Assembly (NCBI GenBank): GCA_002189035.1
Contig: CM007989.1
Span: 3,162,001 to 3,226,000, forward strand
Length of the DNA stretch: 64,000 nt
Direction: 5' to 3'
Source of the DNA: Utricularia gibba
Taxonomy: Eukaryota > Plantae > Magnoliophyta
The notes beneath the pieces are model-generated. The model was not told the origin of the DNA, searched no databases, and was given only the letters and a program-made list of their open reading frames with translations. The translations under genes and the position numbers were made by a program. Positions within the stretch are counted from its first letter, which is position 1. Each line of letters opens with the position of its first letter. Of this stretch, positions 1-11,290 are shown in pieces.

Positions 1-221
1 AGTGGGGTAGAAACCTCCGGCCGGAAATACCAGGCTTGCAGACGAGGTGGCGCGGAATTTGGAAGGACGGGAGAAGAGGGCGGTGGGCCATCCGATCAGC
101 CTTTTCGAGATTTTTATTTTTGACCTAATATATTAATGCATTTTTATATCTAATTAAAAATTAAAAATATTGGGAGTTGATTGCAAATTAAGAGTAGTTT
201 AGGGCCTTGAGAGCTATTCTT

Positions 222-1703
222 TGTAACGACCCGAGAAGGGGGCCTAGGAGCCATGGTCGTTACCCCACCCAGAAACGTGGCCTGTCTCTTGGGTGGCTTT
301 GGTTTGATTCGTTCAACCCACATGAACACGAGATTACCGGGGAATATCTTATTCATAAATACAGCAAGAGGGTCCAACATAATCCACGAAATCACATCAT
401 GAACATAAAGGAAAAGCACGAGCACAACAGCTGCTTCTATTCCCCAGGCTCTCCGGTCCTCCGAGTTCACTCCGTCAGCCCCTCCGCCTCTCCGCCAGTC
501 TCCGCACGACCAGAACCTTCACCTACACATAAGTTCGTAAGGGGATCAACATATGCATAGGGTAGACCACACTACCAACCATAAACACATCAGCTTAAGC
601 ATGGCACATATCATCGTAAGCATATCATCAGCACATATCGTCGTAAGAGCATAAACACATATATCATAAGAGACCCATTGGTCACAAGGGGCGTGCATCC
701 CGTGATGGCACATCACGTTACCGTCGGGAGGGACACCAGCCACGGTAATCCGTCCCAACCCCGCTCCCTTTGGAGCTCACGGCGATATCTACCCCCAAAC
801 TCACGTTGGGTTGCCGTCGGAGATACCTCGGCGAAGGGTCCGACCCCGCCCCTTCGGGCTCATCAACTTACGGCCCTTCGGCCCTTATTCGTACTTTCCG
901 GCTCATGCTTCCCCTTACCTTCGTGTGGCTCCTTCCCCTTCTGCCAAATCGTGACCTTCTCCTTCCATATCTCGGCATGGTGGCGCTCCTTCTCTGATTT
1001 CGAATGCCAAACCCGCCACCATGCCAAGCCCTTATATCCTACCTCCTGACTGTTGGGTTTCTGAGCCCTTTCCTCTTCCAACCCTTCACCTTTCGGCCCA
1101 GTATATGAAAGGTCGGCCCTCTTACACTTCTTAGGCCCTTGGGCTCTTCCCCAACACCTCATTGGGCCAATCCACACTAGCCATGTCTCACCTAACACTT
1201 GGGCTCGCGACCACTCTCCGCCCAGCATCCAGCGCGTCACTCACCATCCCTTGGGCACGCATGCTTGCTCGATCGCATAGAGTCCCGTAGCTCAAGTGGG
1301 TCTCTCCCACGAGCACCCTTGGGGATCACCCAAGAGTTCGGTACACCTCTAACAAGAGTTGCACGCCGTGTTCGGATCAGACCGATTCGTTGCGCGCGGA
1401 CCGCCAGGCAGAGGGTTCCTCGTAGCCACTCTATGCACGTTCCCTTAGCTCCTTCACATGCTGTATCACCATCGAAACGCAACATACTTCTACCCGGGTT
1501 ATGACAATTCTTGGCAATTTCAAGAGCAGTACAGCAGCATGCAGAAGAAGGCGCGGTTATACCTATTTTGGTCGACTAGGCTTCCGTATCCACCTGGCCC
1601 ATCTTGTCATTGGAGGATGATGCCACGTGGACGGAGATCGAGCCGTTACCAACAAAATGAGAGAAAATCTGTTGTGTCTGGGGGGTAAGTTTGGTATATC
1701 ACA
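222..1703 (-). mobile_element. Probable solo LTR or LTR remnant of a Ty3/gypsy (Tekay/Del-like) retrotransposon
   Basis: Left end TGTAACGACCCG at 222 (reverse complement ...GGGTCGTTACA, a typical chromovirus LTR 3' end). Right end reads TGTGATATACC on the minus strand (...TATCACA ending 1703). GC-rich, non-coding, with internal CATATCATCGTAAG-like sub-repeats at ~607-672. No gag/pol ORF. Flanks TTCTT and AGGCT do not match, so there is no TSD and the right boundary is uncertain. Confidence 0.6.
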
Positions 1704-1843
1704 AGGCTTTTAATTCCGGATTTGCCCCTAACGGTTTCCGCTTCATGCCTTTTTGTCTCTCCACAACCCCCACACATCCTTTCATTTTATCCTCTCCCTG
1801 TTTGCGATTTTCTTCTCTCTAGGGTTTTAGAAGTTCTGATTTC

Positions 1844-2441
1844 ATGGCGCTTGAGGAAGGCATTGGCGTTTCTGCTCAGGTGAGTACCAAGGGAGAGGCT
1901 TCGAAGGTCGTTTTCACGGGGCTGAAAACGAAACTAGTGCTTGACGCTAATAAGACGATCGACGCTGTGGAGTTTTACAAAGCCGCATTCGGAGCGGAGG
2001 AGACACGCCGCTTGACTGCTGCGAAACGAAAGGCCGAAGACGAGTCGCCGATGGTTATCTTTGCTGAAATCCGGATCGGCTCCTCGTTGATACTTATTAC
2101 GGACCTCACAGGCTGCGACACTTCTCACGAGTTCGGCTTCGATACTTAAACGTGGTTTTCTCATTTATGAAATATTTTTTCTCTGTTTCTACCGTACCGG
2201 GTGGTCATCTTCAGATCTGTGCGTTCTTCTTCTTCTTATCGACGTTTTGGATGTTAATTTTATTTTTTCGCTTCATGTTCTTAGCTCAATGCCTAGAAAG
2301 AGCAGCTGCTTCTTCTGTCTTGAAACTGACGACGTCAAAGCCGCCGTTGCGAAGGCCGTCGCCGCCGGCGGTATTCATCACGAATTTTTGCAGATTGTCG
2401 ACCCCTTCGGGAACGTGTGGCATATCTCCAAGCCGATGTAG
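1844..2441 (+). CDS. VOC/glyoxalase-like (PhnB-like, At5g48480-type) protein, 2 exons, 147 aa
   Basis: Exons 1844-2130 and 2285-2441 (GT-AG) splice in frame to ...GCDTSHDSMPRKSSCFFCLETDDVKAAVAKAVAAG...DPFGNVW. Motifs AVEFYKAAFGAEE and KRKAEDE match the family. Confidence 0.85.
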
Positions 2442-4824
2442 TTGACCGTTGACCAGGCTGGTTAACCGTCGAAGGATCCGATCTGCTTCATACGGTACAT
2501 TGGTCTCCTCCGTGGCTGAACATCATCTTAACTCATGCTTTTGAATTTCAGTACCCATAATATCTCCCAAACATGATTGGAATGCTTATTGCCTTTTTTG
2601 CTACGTTTAGTTGCTCGAATCCTACGTTTATTGAGTATTCTATCGTATGCTGTATTGCTAATAACTATCCACTTGAGCGGTTTTATGATGCCATCTCCAT
2701 CATCCTGTTGCGAATCATGTGGTCCCAGCCCCAGTTTCTGGCTTCCCCGCGCTTTGCATGGAATGCATGCCTTGTTGAATGGCGCCTTCAATTATTTTAT
2801 CCCCCCTGAGACCGCATTTTGTTTTCTGCCTTACTAATTAAATTTCGTGGTGTTTTGAATTAGTTTCTTTAAAAATGAGTGGGCTCATGGTGCATGGGAA
2901 ATGGCAATAAGGGAAATTTGGGTTGCTCTACTAAGTTGGAGGCCCAATTAGGCGATGCGAAAGAACAAGTCGCGGGCCCAAGAGAGAGGCCCTATGAATT
3001 ATTTCCTCTTCTGTATCATGAAATGAATGATCATGCGATGTCTAGGTAGCTCGGTTGGGACACATGATGCACGCACGCACACTACTCTTATGAGTGGCCT
3101 CTCATCCCGACTGGTGGACGGAGCATGTGCCTCCGCCAGTCTACATTTCGAGTGCATGTAGGCTGCGATAGGGCGGTAGTCCCATCCCCACCCCCCCTCC
3201 AGCATGTGGCGCGGGGTGCGCTTTTAAATCAAGTTTGGCTGTGGGTGTTGGGGTTGGTCAGTGGTTCTCTCCCGACATGTTCACTGATTGGACAGCACAC
3301 CCTCCGCCGAATCTCTTGACTTTCATGTGCGAGGAGTCATGATTTGCGCTCTCCCACTCCGCCATCCCCTGTGTTTTCGATGTCATTTTCTTGCTATTTA
3401 AATCTCCCATCTCTAATCACATCCGACTTGTTATAGACACATTTCCCTTTTTCATTATTTCCAACTGTATATCATTTTTTTATACAAAAGCAGCCTACCC
3501 ATGCCCCATGGTCAATCTTCCCATCAGTCTTCTCTCCTCTCCATTGTGGAAGAATCTTCTGCATTCCGGTGACGTTGCCTACTCGGCAGACCAGAGCCGG
3601 TTGGCTCAATATTCATAATGGTGAAATGGGACAGGTCGCGCCAACCTTGCCTTATAATATTATAGAAACCAACACACGCAAAACGGCGATCAATTTTACA
3701 GCGGACAAACGATGCTGCTTCAGGAAGCATCGTCCTCGTACTTTTACTGCAACCCCCTCCTCGATCCCCAATACTCTACAACATGGATTTTTTTAATCAT
3801 AAAATTTGAATGCTATTGATCACAATTATCCCAATACTCGTCTTAATCACACACAAAACAGATGGAAAATCCAACATTCTAACTGTTTAAATTAATGATA
3901 CTATCAATTAGATAAATACATATAAAATCTAAGTATATAATAAACGTGAATCATATTTAAAAAATTAAGTACAATCGATAACTAATCATTTATAATTTAC
4001 TATTTTAAATTTAAATCACAATGTGAAATTATATATTCTAATACTAAAGATTATGAAGTTTGGTGGATTTAGTTTAGAGGCTGCCCTAATCATCTTCTAC
4101 AAGATGAGCTTAGAGTCATTGTTGTTGATCAGATTTTTCACTTGGAGAGCATTTATGCCACTTGTTACACAAATTTAAAGAAAGACTGGCGTCTGGTCAA
4201 CTTGGAATTTGAGGCGTTCTTTCCTGAGTATCGATATTTGGGCCTCTTTGTCGGAAGTTTTTTTTAATTCATTTGTTTTTGTTAATATCGTTACCTACCT
4301 ACTACTACACGGTATGCATTGATTGCCCATCCCACATTCCACACCCAACACCTCTTCACGTTTGACTGTTGACACCTACATTGCCAACTTTGTTTTTTTC
4401 TTTTTCTTTTTTTTACATTTTTACAGCGTGGGTATTTTAGCTACGATTTGTGTGGTAAATTTTAATTCGAGTTTGGGGAAAATGAATCTTGAAACTGAAA
4501 TTTGAATTCAAATGAAATTGACAATTCGAGAGGAAAGAAAAACAATGAAAGATGAATCTTTTGGAAGAAGGAAGAAGAGAAGACTGTTTCTTCACTTAAA
4601 AAAAATTTAAAAAAAATCTGTGTAGAATCCCCTTTCCACACCTGTGGGTCTCCTTCCTCCGAAAGTTGTGTGTCCTCTCATGCACTCTTTTTCTCCCTTT
4701 TCATTATTACCATCTCCACCTTTTTTCTTTACAAAACCAGCCGCTTCCTCGAGTACCATTTTCCCCATCTTCTTCGCGGAATCTCCTGAATCCAAGATCC
4801 CTCTACTTTTGCCTGCCTGTCTCC

Positions 4825-5652
4825 ATGGATGTAAATCTAAGCAACCCAGTTCTTCAATCCGTGTTTTTTCAAGTTCATTCGTCGAAAGACTGAATCTTGT
4901 TTTGTGGGCTGCAGGAGTTCTACTTCAGGAGGAATCACGTCCCTGCGTTCGGGAGCTGGGATTGCGACGGAGATCTCCCGTTTTCGGAGTGCTTTGACAA
5001 CGTTAGAGATCGTGGACCTTTCCGGTACGGCTACTCCGATGACCGTGATCTCTACGTCACCGGAGATTTGTACGAGAATGATGTCGTCACTCCGGCTGTC
5101 ATCGTCGTTCCTCGCCGCACGGTTAGGACAAAAAATCATTACTAGTGTATTCATGAAAAAATGGTCCAGAGGAACAACGACTCATCCCTCTGTCTGTTTC
5201 CGTGTTTTCTTTTTACCAGTAAAAAAAATGGAATGGCTCTGATGAGTTTGATGGCTCTTTGATTCTAACTGCAGGTTAAAAAAGCTGCGTATTCCAAGGA
5301 GAAGGGTGGAAAATACGATGATTTCGCTGTTCTGAAACTCAAATCATCGCCGCCGCAGCCTAAAGCGGTCGACGAGGATTTGTACAAGATCTCGCCGGAT
5401 CTCCTCCGCCGTGCGAGCTACAAAAGAGTAAGCTTTCCTTTTTGGGTGCATGATTCAATTATTCACGAACAAGAACACAATTCACCACGTGATCTAATGA
5501 TAACGTGTAGAGCTGATAATCAGTGTCTAACTGCTCTTAGGATGTGATTACAGAAGTTAATCGCTAATGGCGTGATTTAATGACTTTTGCAGAAGGGGCT
5601 CTGGGGAATGCTCTCAAGCTGCATGAAGTTGAAACCAAGCTGCGTTTGTTGA
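4825..5652 (+). CDS. Small uncharacterised protein with a RIN4/NOI-like VPAFGSWD motif and a Cys-rich C-terminus, 4 exons
   Basis: Exons 4825-4830, 4915-5121, 5275-5427, 5593-5652 (all GT-AG) give MDEFYFRRNHVPAFGSWDC...DRDLYVTGDLYENDVVTPAVIVVPRR...PKAVDEDLYKISPDLL...LSSCMKLKPSCVC*. Confidence 0.8.
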
Positions 5653-6149
5653 GGAGGATGATGACCCACTAAAGTCTTGTCTTTTGGCTTGTTGCAAGCA
5701 AAGTGTCACATGAAGTATGATTGGTGTGAATTTGTCTGAATTTTAGAACAAAAAAGCATGTACATTGATGGTGTACTAATGCTTTTTTGAATATAAAATT
5801 TAGATTAAAACTACATTAATAGTTCTTTATTCAACAATATATGGGTCTCTCACATGCATAAAACTTATCCTCTCAAGTCCATTGGGCCTCTACATGGGAC
5901 CAATGACCAGATTCACCTCTGCAATCGAAGTAGAATTCATGTTTCAGAGCTCATGTGGGAAAAAAATGGTGGTAGCATGTCCATGGGACCATTTCAGGTG
6001 CATTCGGGGGTGTGCTTGGCGTTATGGAAGTATTTGTCCTTTAAGTTCAAGTTGCATCTCCGGCGGCACGCAGACCAGAAACAGTGACGGAGAAAAAGAA
6101 AACCGACTACTGTAACTACAGAGTAGACTCAGGCGAATCTACAGATTTC

Positions 6150-6870
6150 AGCCGGGATTCCTGGTTCTTGTGTTCATACATATCCAGGGAGTAGACGCTG
6201 TTCGGTAATGGGCTCGTTTTGCTTGGTCCATGTATGCCATCAGCACTCGTATGCAGAGTCCTTTGGGTGTGTAGGCCACCGGCCGTCGGACAGCTACTCC
6301 ATCATAGTCGGTGTGAAGCTCGGCATGGCATTGGGGAGGTTTTTCAGCTGCATTCCCGGTGGGACTTCTTTTTCCGTTCAATGGAAATTGGGCCATCTCT
6401 CATCCAGAGCAATATAGTACAAACATCAGAATTACTGGACTCCTCTTCGTCCCCTGGTTTATCATGTTCCCTAGTAACTATTTTATCTGGTATTCAGAGG
6501 CCAACTTCTTCCTGAAATTTGGCCCATCCGGAACTCAGAACTAGCACAGCAATGCCTGCACACAAATTGCATTGAAATGGCTAGGCATTCTAAGAATATA
6601 GAGCATCTGGGTTTAACAATCCTCCTCTAGGAGCATCTCCCATTACTCCCCCAGTCCCCCCTCGTCATCTTCTTCAGCTTCTCCTTACAATTGAACAAAG
6701 CGTGAAGCCGCAATCCGATAGATGGCTTCCTGCTTGTCGGTAACACACTCGAGCCATTCTCAAGCACATAAACACAACGGAACTTGAGTAGCTGAAGCAA
6801 AATTCTCCTCTGCTGTTAACGGCAAATATTCTGTTTCAATGTCGATAACGAAGCTTGCATTAAACGAAAA
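6150..6870 (-). pseudogene. Possible degenerate gene relic, identity unknown
   Basis: Coding-like composition and peptide-like stretches (EWLECVTDKQEAIYRIAASRFVQL*GEAEEDDEGDW; KEVPPGMQLKNLPNAMPSFTPTMME*) broken by stops. Lies divergently from the RPL32 promoter. Confidence 0.25.
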
Positions 6871-6983
6871 CTCTCACCACAAGGAGCAGAGGATGAACAG
6901 TTGCCACCGCCAGCACAATTTTTATGGGCCGGGCCTCATATACAATTTATATAATCGTATTGGGCTAATACAAGAGTATGCGG

Positions 6984-7020
6984 CCCAAATATTTTATAAA
7001 ACATTGCGGAACCCTAATTC
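6984..7020 (+). promoter_or_regulatory. RPL32 copy 1 core promoter: site II-like GGCCCA, TATA-like TTTTATAAAA, telo-box-like AACCCTAAT
   Basis: The same three motifs occur in the same order upstream of RPL32 copy 2 on the minus strand (~16605-16645). Site II and telo-box pairing is typical of ribosomal protein promoters. Confidence 0.6.
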
Positions 7021-7288
7021 TCTCACTGATCTCCGCCGGAGGGTCAGCAGGAAACTTCAGGTTGGTTTTCAGTGTCCTACCGGTTTCTGATTAGCTTTTT
7101 TGGTTGAATCGATTGTGGAACTATTTTCGTTATGATTCTTAGATGGGTAGAAGTTAGATGTGTAATCCCATATGGTTCTGGGGTTATGTAGTTCATCGTC
7201 ATATATAAAGGGTTCTGATGTTTTTCTTCGGCTTACCATAATCCGTGTTATTTGTTTGCTGATTGGTTCAACTTTGTATGTAGAAGTC

Positions 7289-8022
7289 ATGGCTGTTCCG
7301 TTGCTGACCAAGAAGATCGTGAAGAAGCGTGTGAAGAAGTTCAAGAGGCACCAAAGTGACAGATTTGTTTCTGTGAAGGTTTGATTTTCAATATTGCTTA
7401 GGATCTTCACTTAAGCAATCGCCTAGAGTTTATATGGCTTCACTTATGAGATACTTACATTGTTATGTTCTTGCACAACGATGAAGGGCAATATTAGATT
7501 GTCTGAGATTTCTGTATCCTGGAAACGAATCAGAACTTATTATTTTTGTTCTTTCCTGATGTTTTGGATGTGAATGAACGATGCTCGTTTGTTATCTTAT
7601 GATTCTCATCTAACATGGAGTAACTTCGCAGCCAAACTGGCGCAGGCCGAAGGGTATCGACTCCCGTGTTAGGAGAAAGTTCAAGGGATGTACTTTGATG
7701 CCGAATATCGGTTATGGTTCGGACAAGAAGACTCGCCATTACCTCCCGAATGGATTTAAGAAGTTTGTTGTTCACAATGTCAAGGAGCTGGAAGTTCTGA
7801 TGATGCACAACAGGTTCTTTTCCAACATAATTGCGCGTCCACTACATATGCTCGAAGACAGTTTTCCGTGATTTGTTTCCATTGTATCTCAGGACATACT
7901 GTGCTGAGATTGCTCATAATGTCTCCACCAAGAAACGAAAGGACATTGTAGAACGAGCTGCTCAGCTCGACATCGTCGTCACCAACAAGTTGGCCAGGTT
8001 GCGCAGCCAGGAAGACGAGTAA
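7289..8022 (+). CDS. RPL32: 60S ribosomal protein L32 (eL32), copy 1, 133 aa
   Basis: Exons 7289-7378, 7632-7813, 7893-8022: [49 protein letters not shown]...[42 protein letters not shown]. Confidence 0.97.
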
Positions 8023-8735
8023 GCTGCATTGCAGTCTGTATTTTTTTGCTCTTGGTATGTTTTGTTTCTGACGCGCAGTTTCTGCTTCATGCTCTTGGTA
8101 TGTTTTATGAATGACGTGTGCTTCACGAGCTTCATTGAAATGCTTCCCCATCTCTGCTCTCTGTTTGAGGCACTGGCCTGCGGTTGTTACTTTGACCATT
8201 CTAATGCACCGGCACTGCATCGAAACATCACTAGAAAAAAAAAAACCCGCAAAATTACAGTTTCAAAACTTGGGTTCTGGATAATGCACGTTTGCCTTAG
8301 TCACACCGAAGTGATCGTTTCCGTCACTCTCAGAGAGAGCCACCCCCCGCTGAAAATCCCATTTTCACTCCGGCGAATTGCATACGGAGAAGCGTTAAAA
8401 AAAATATTTTTGCAGAGATTTCAAGCAAGCTGGCCTCGAAACCAAAGAAATGTATGCTGCAGGGAAGGCAGGCGATCTTGTACTGATGGCCAGGTCGAGC
8501 ATCGATCAGTAGTATAATGAGGCATGATGATCAGGTTTCACGCATCGTGTTCCTCACCGGAGGACAGAGTTACTAGATGAACTTCGACGGCCAAAAAATA
8601 AAATTGAAGATGCGTTAATTTAGGAGCTCTGATGGCCGTCGGGAAAAAGATTCAAAGAATCGATTTTTTTCGTTTTTTTAAGCCTGAGGAGTATATATAT
8701 CGCAGTTCTGCGTTCCCTTGGCGGCTAAGGGGGAG

Positions 8736-11152
8736 ATGTTTTTGAAAAGGCTTCTCTGCACTCAATCCGCCCGCCGCAGTCAGTGGCCGGTGAAGCAAGT
8801 GACGAGTTCCAATTTCTCCGACGCGCTTGAAGAAATTGAAGGCTATATAATTAATTCTGATTTCGTGGCGGTTTCGATGCAGACAACCGGCACTCACGCC
8901 ACCACTTGGCAGAAACTTCTCTCAATTGATACGCCGGAGACGGCTTATCTCAAGGCCAAGCGTGCGGCGGAGCGTTTCCAAGTTGTCCAATTTGCCGTCT
9001 GCCCATTTTCGATTAAGGGCTCCAAGCTTATTGCCTATCCGTAAGCTTTTTTCGTCGGCTTCTTCATAGTTAAAGGGATCCTCTTTGAGAATAAATGCAT
9101 TAGATTTTTTTCGAGCAGGTACAATTTCCACTTATTTCCAAGGGATGAGCTTAATGTTGGGATGCCATCATATAGTTTCTCGTGCCAGTCATCTTACTTG
9201 ACCTCTATGGCGCGTGAAGGTTTTGATTTCAATGCTTGGATACACAATGGTAACATCCTTCAATCTGGAAATCAGTTTCTGTGATTCGTTTATTTGAACA
9301 AAGTTCATTTTGTGCGAATAGGCATATCTTATTTGTCAAGGTCACAAGAATCAGTTGCTAGGCTTCGTGGGTCGTTAAACAGCATCTCTATGGAGCAGTC
9401 TAGTTTCCCTTATTCAGTTGCTGATAACCTGTTCAAGGAAAGAACCAAAAACAGGGTAAAGAGTTGGATAAATGTCTGTAAAGATTCATGTAAATCTACT
9501 GAGGGTTAGTCTTCCCATTATTGCCATCTTTCTCCTTGCACTGCTGGTGTATTCATTCAGAAATTGCAGATGCCCTGTTACTTTCTTTGAGAAAAATTTT
9601 ATCTGGAGATGAAGTTTTTGGTTCCAGACCATCCTTGATTATAGACATATGCACCAAGCGACAAGCAATGCTTGCATTAGAGGTTAAGCTTCTTTGGGGA
9701 TGGTTTCTATGGGTTCTTTGTTGGGTTTGAGTTTCACATTGTTTATAACCAAGTGCAGGCATTGAAGGGGTTTGAAGAAGTTTTTGCGTTGCAAGTCCCT
9801 GCGAAAGGAATTGGAATGCAAAAGGCTATTCGGGTTGTTTTTACAAGATCTGAAGAAGACAGGAAACTTCTTGAGGTACAACGTGAACCTTGATATCTCT
9901 ATTATGTCGTTTTAAATGTTGTGAAATCAGGATTTCTAACACCTTTTTCCCTGAACAGAAAGAACTCCAAGCAATTGAACAGGAAGAGAGAAGGCGTGTT
10001 AGAGGCTTTGGCGAGGTGATAGAACTCATATCTAAGTCCCAGAAACCAGTTGTAACGCACAACATTCTTTATGGTCAAGTTCAACAATTACTTTCTGATC
10101 ATTTTGATGACCAATACTTCCCATACTTCCATTTTTAATGAACTTCAATTTGTTGTTGCATCCAGATTTTTCAGTTATACACTCCAAGTTTATATCTTCA
10201 CTTTCCATGTCTCTTAACGAATTCAAAGCCTCGGTGGAATCAGTCTTCAGTTGTATTCTTGACACCCGCAGTCTCATGGAGGAAGTTGGTCCATTTGATA
10301 AAATGAACAGCGTACAAGCAGCCACTGCCTATCTAGATGGCCGTTTCTATTTGCCATTTGAGATGGATATTCCCAAAGGATGTAAGAAAATGATCCTCAG
10401 GAATTTTCTTCCACTTCATTTCTTATTGCTATGCTTTATCTTAACCTACAGTAAGAGACTTGATTGATTTTCTTTATTGTGCATGTAAAGTTTTTATGGA
10501 TAATTCACATGAGATCAACAAATTAATAGTGCTTGTTTCCTCTTCACTAGGGACTGAGAATATCACTTCTCATGGCCACAATGTTCTGAGGCTGATCCAA
10601 CTTTTCGCCAAGCTGTGCTCTGTATTGAAGATCCATCAAGAATCCATGCAAGGAGTAAGTTCATCATCGTCTCCCCTTCGCCATTACGTGAATAGATTCA
10701 CTGTTTCCTCCAGAGGCCCCGTGGAAGAAGATGGTAGAGATAGCAGCAGTATCATCAGCGTTGATAAACTAGTTTTTTTGTGGGGATTTCGACCCGGATC
10801 ATCTGTGCAAATCCTCAAGTCCCTTATATGTGAATCTTATCCGGGATTATGCCCTGAAGACATAGATGTGAAAATGGTGGACAAGACATGTGCAGCGGCT
10901 GTTTTCAAGATTGGTGGTTTGCCTACTCCAAGAGATGAGCTCAAAATTGTGAATTTTTCCGGCATGAAATCTGCTGGCTACAACACATACAGAAGAGCCT
11001 GTGATAACATTTTGTGGGATCACGATTTAGCAGATTGCTTAGAGACAGCATCCATGAATGAAGAAGCAGACTTTCTTACATCAGACAAGCTACAGCCGCA
11101 GCCGGTAGTACACTGGAATAAGGCTGATATCATTAACCTGGATGAACTTTGA
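8736..11152 (+). CDS. Poly(A)-specific ribonuclease PARN-like / CAF1-family protein, multi-exon
   Basis: WPVKQVTSSNFSDALEEI, KAKRAAERFQVVQFAVCPF, YNFHLFPRDEL, SFSCQSSYLTSMAREGFDFN, GFGEVIELISKSQKPVVTHN, HGHNVLRLIQLFAKLC. Eight GT-AG-joined segments can be traced. Confidence 0.88.
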
Positions 11153-11290
11153 TGTTCACAGTAACTAAATTGAGCGTTGTATTATGCTTGGTTGATAAGT
11201 TTCTATGATAACATGAAGATAGAGGAAGAGTTTCCATGAAAGCACAACCCTGATAAGCAACAGCGTTCTTGCAACTTAACAGAGCATTTA

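Noticed and set aside
3390-3800. TATA-led non-coding tract with faint miR169, miR171, miR482 or ENOD40 resemblances and a small ACGATGCT/AGCATCGT hairpin
   Set aside because: No full mature miRNA, no foldback of precursor length, and no ENOD40 peptide or region II match. It may still be a lncRNA, but I cannot support that.
4329-4339. USE-like ATCCCACATTC
   Set aside because: Mismatched to the consensus, with no TATA at Pol II or Pol III spacing.
8521-8637. Possible C/D snoRNA (ATGATGA ... CTGA)
   Set aside because: The terminal stem is poor and I recognised no rRNA-complementary guide.
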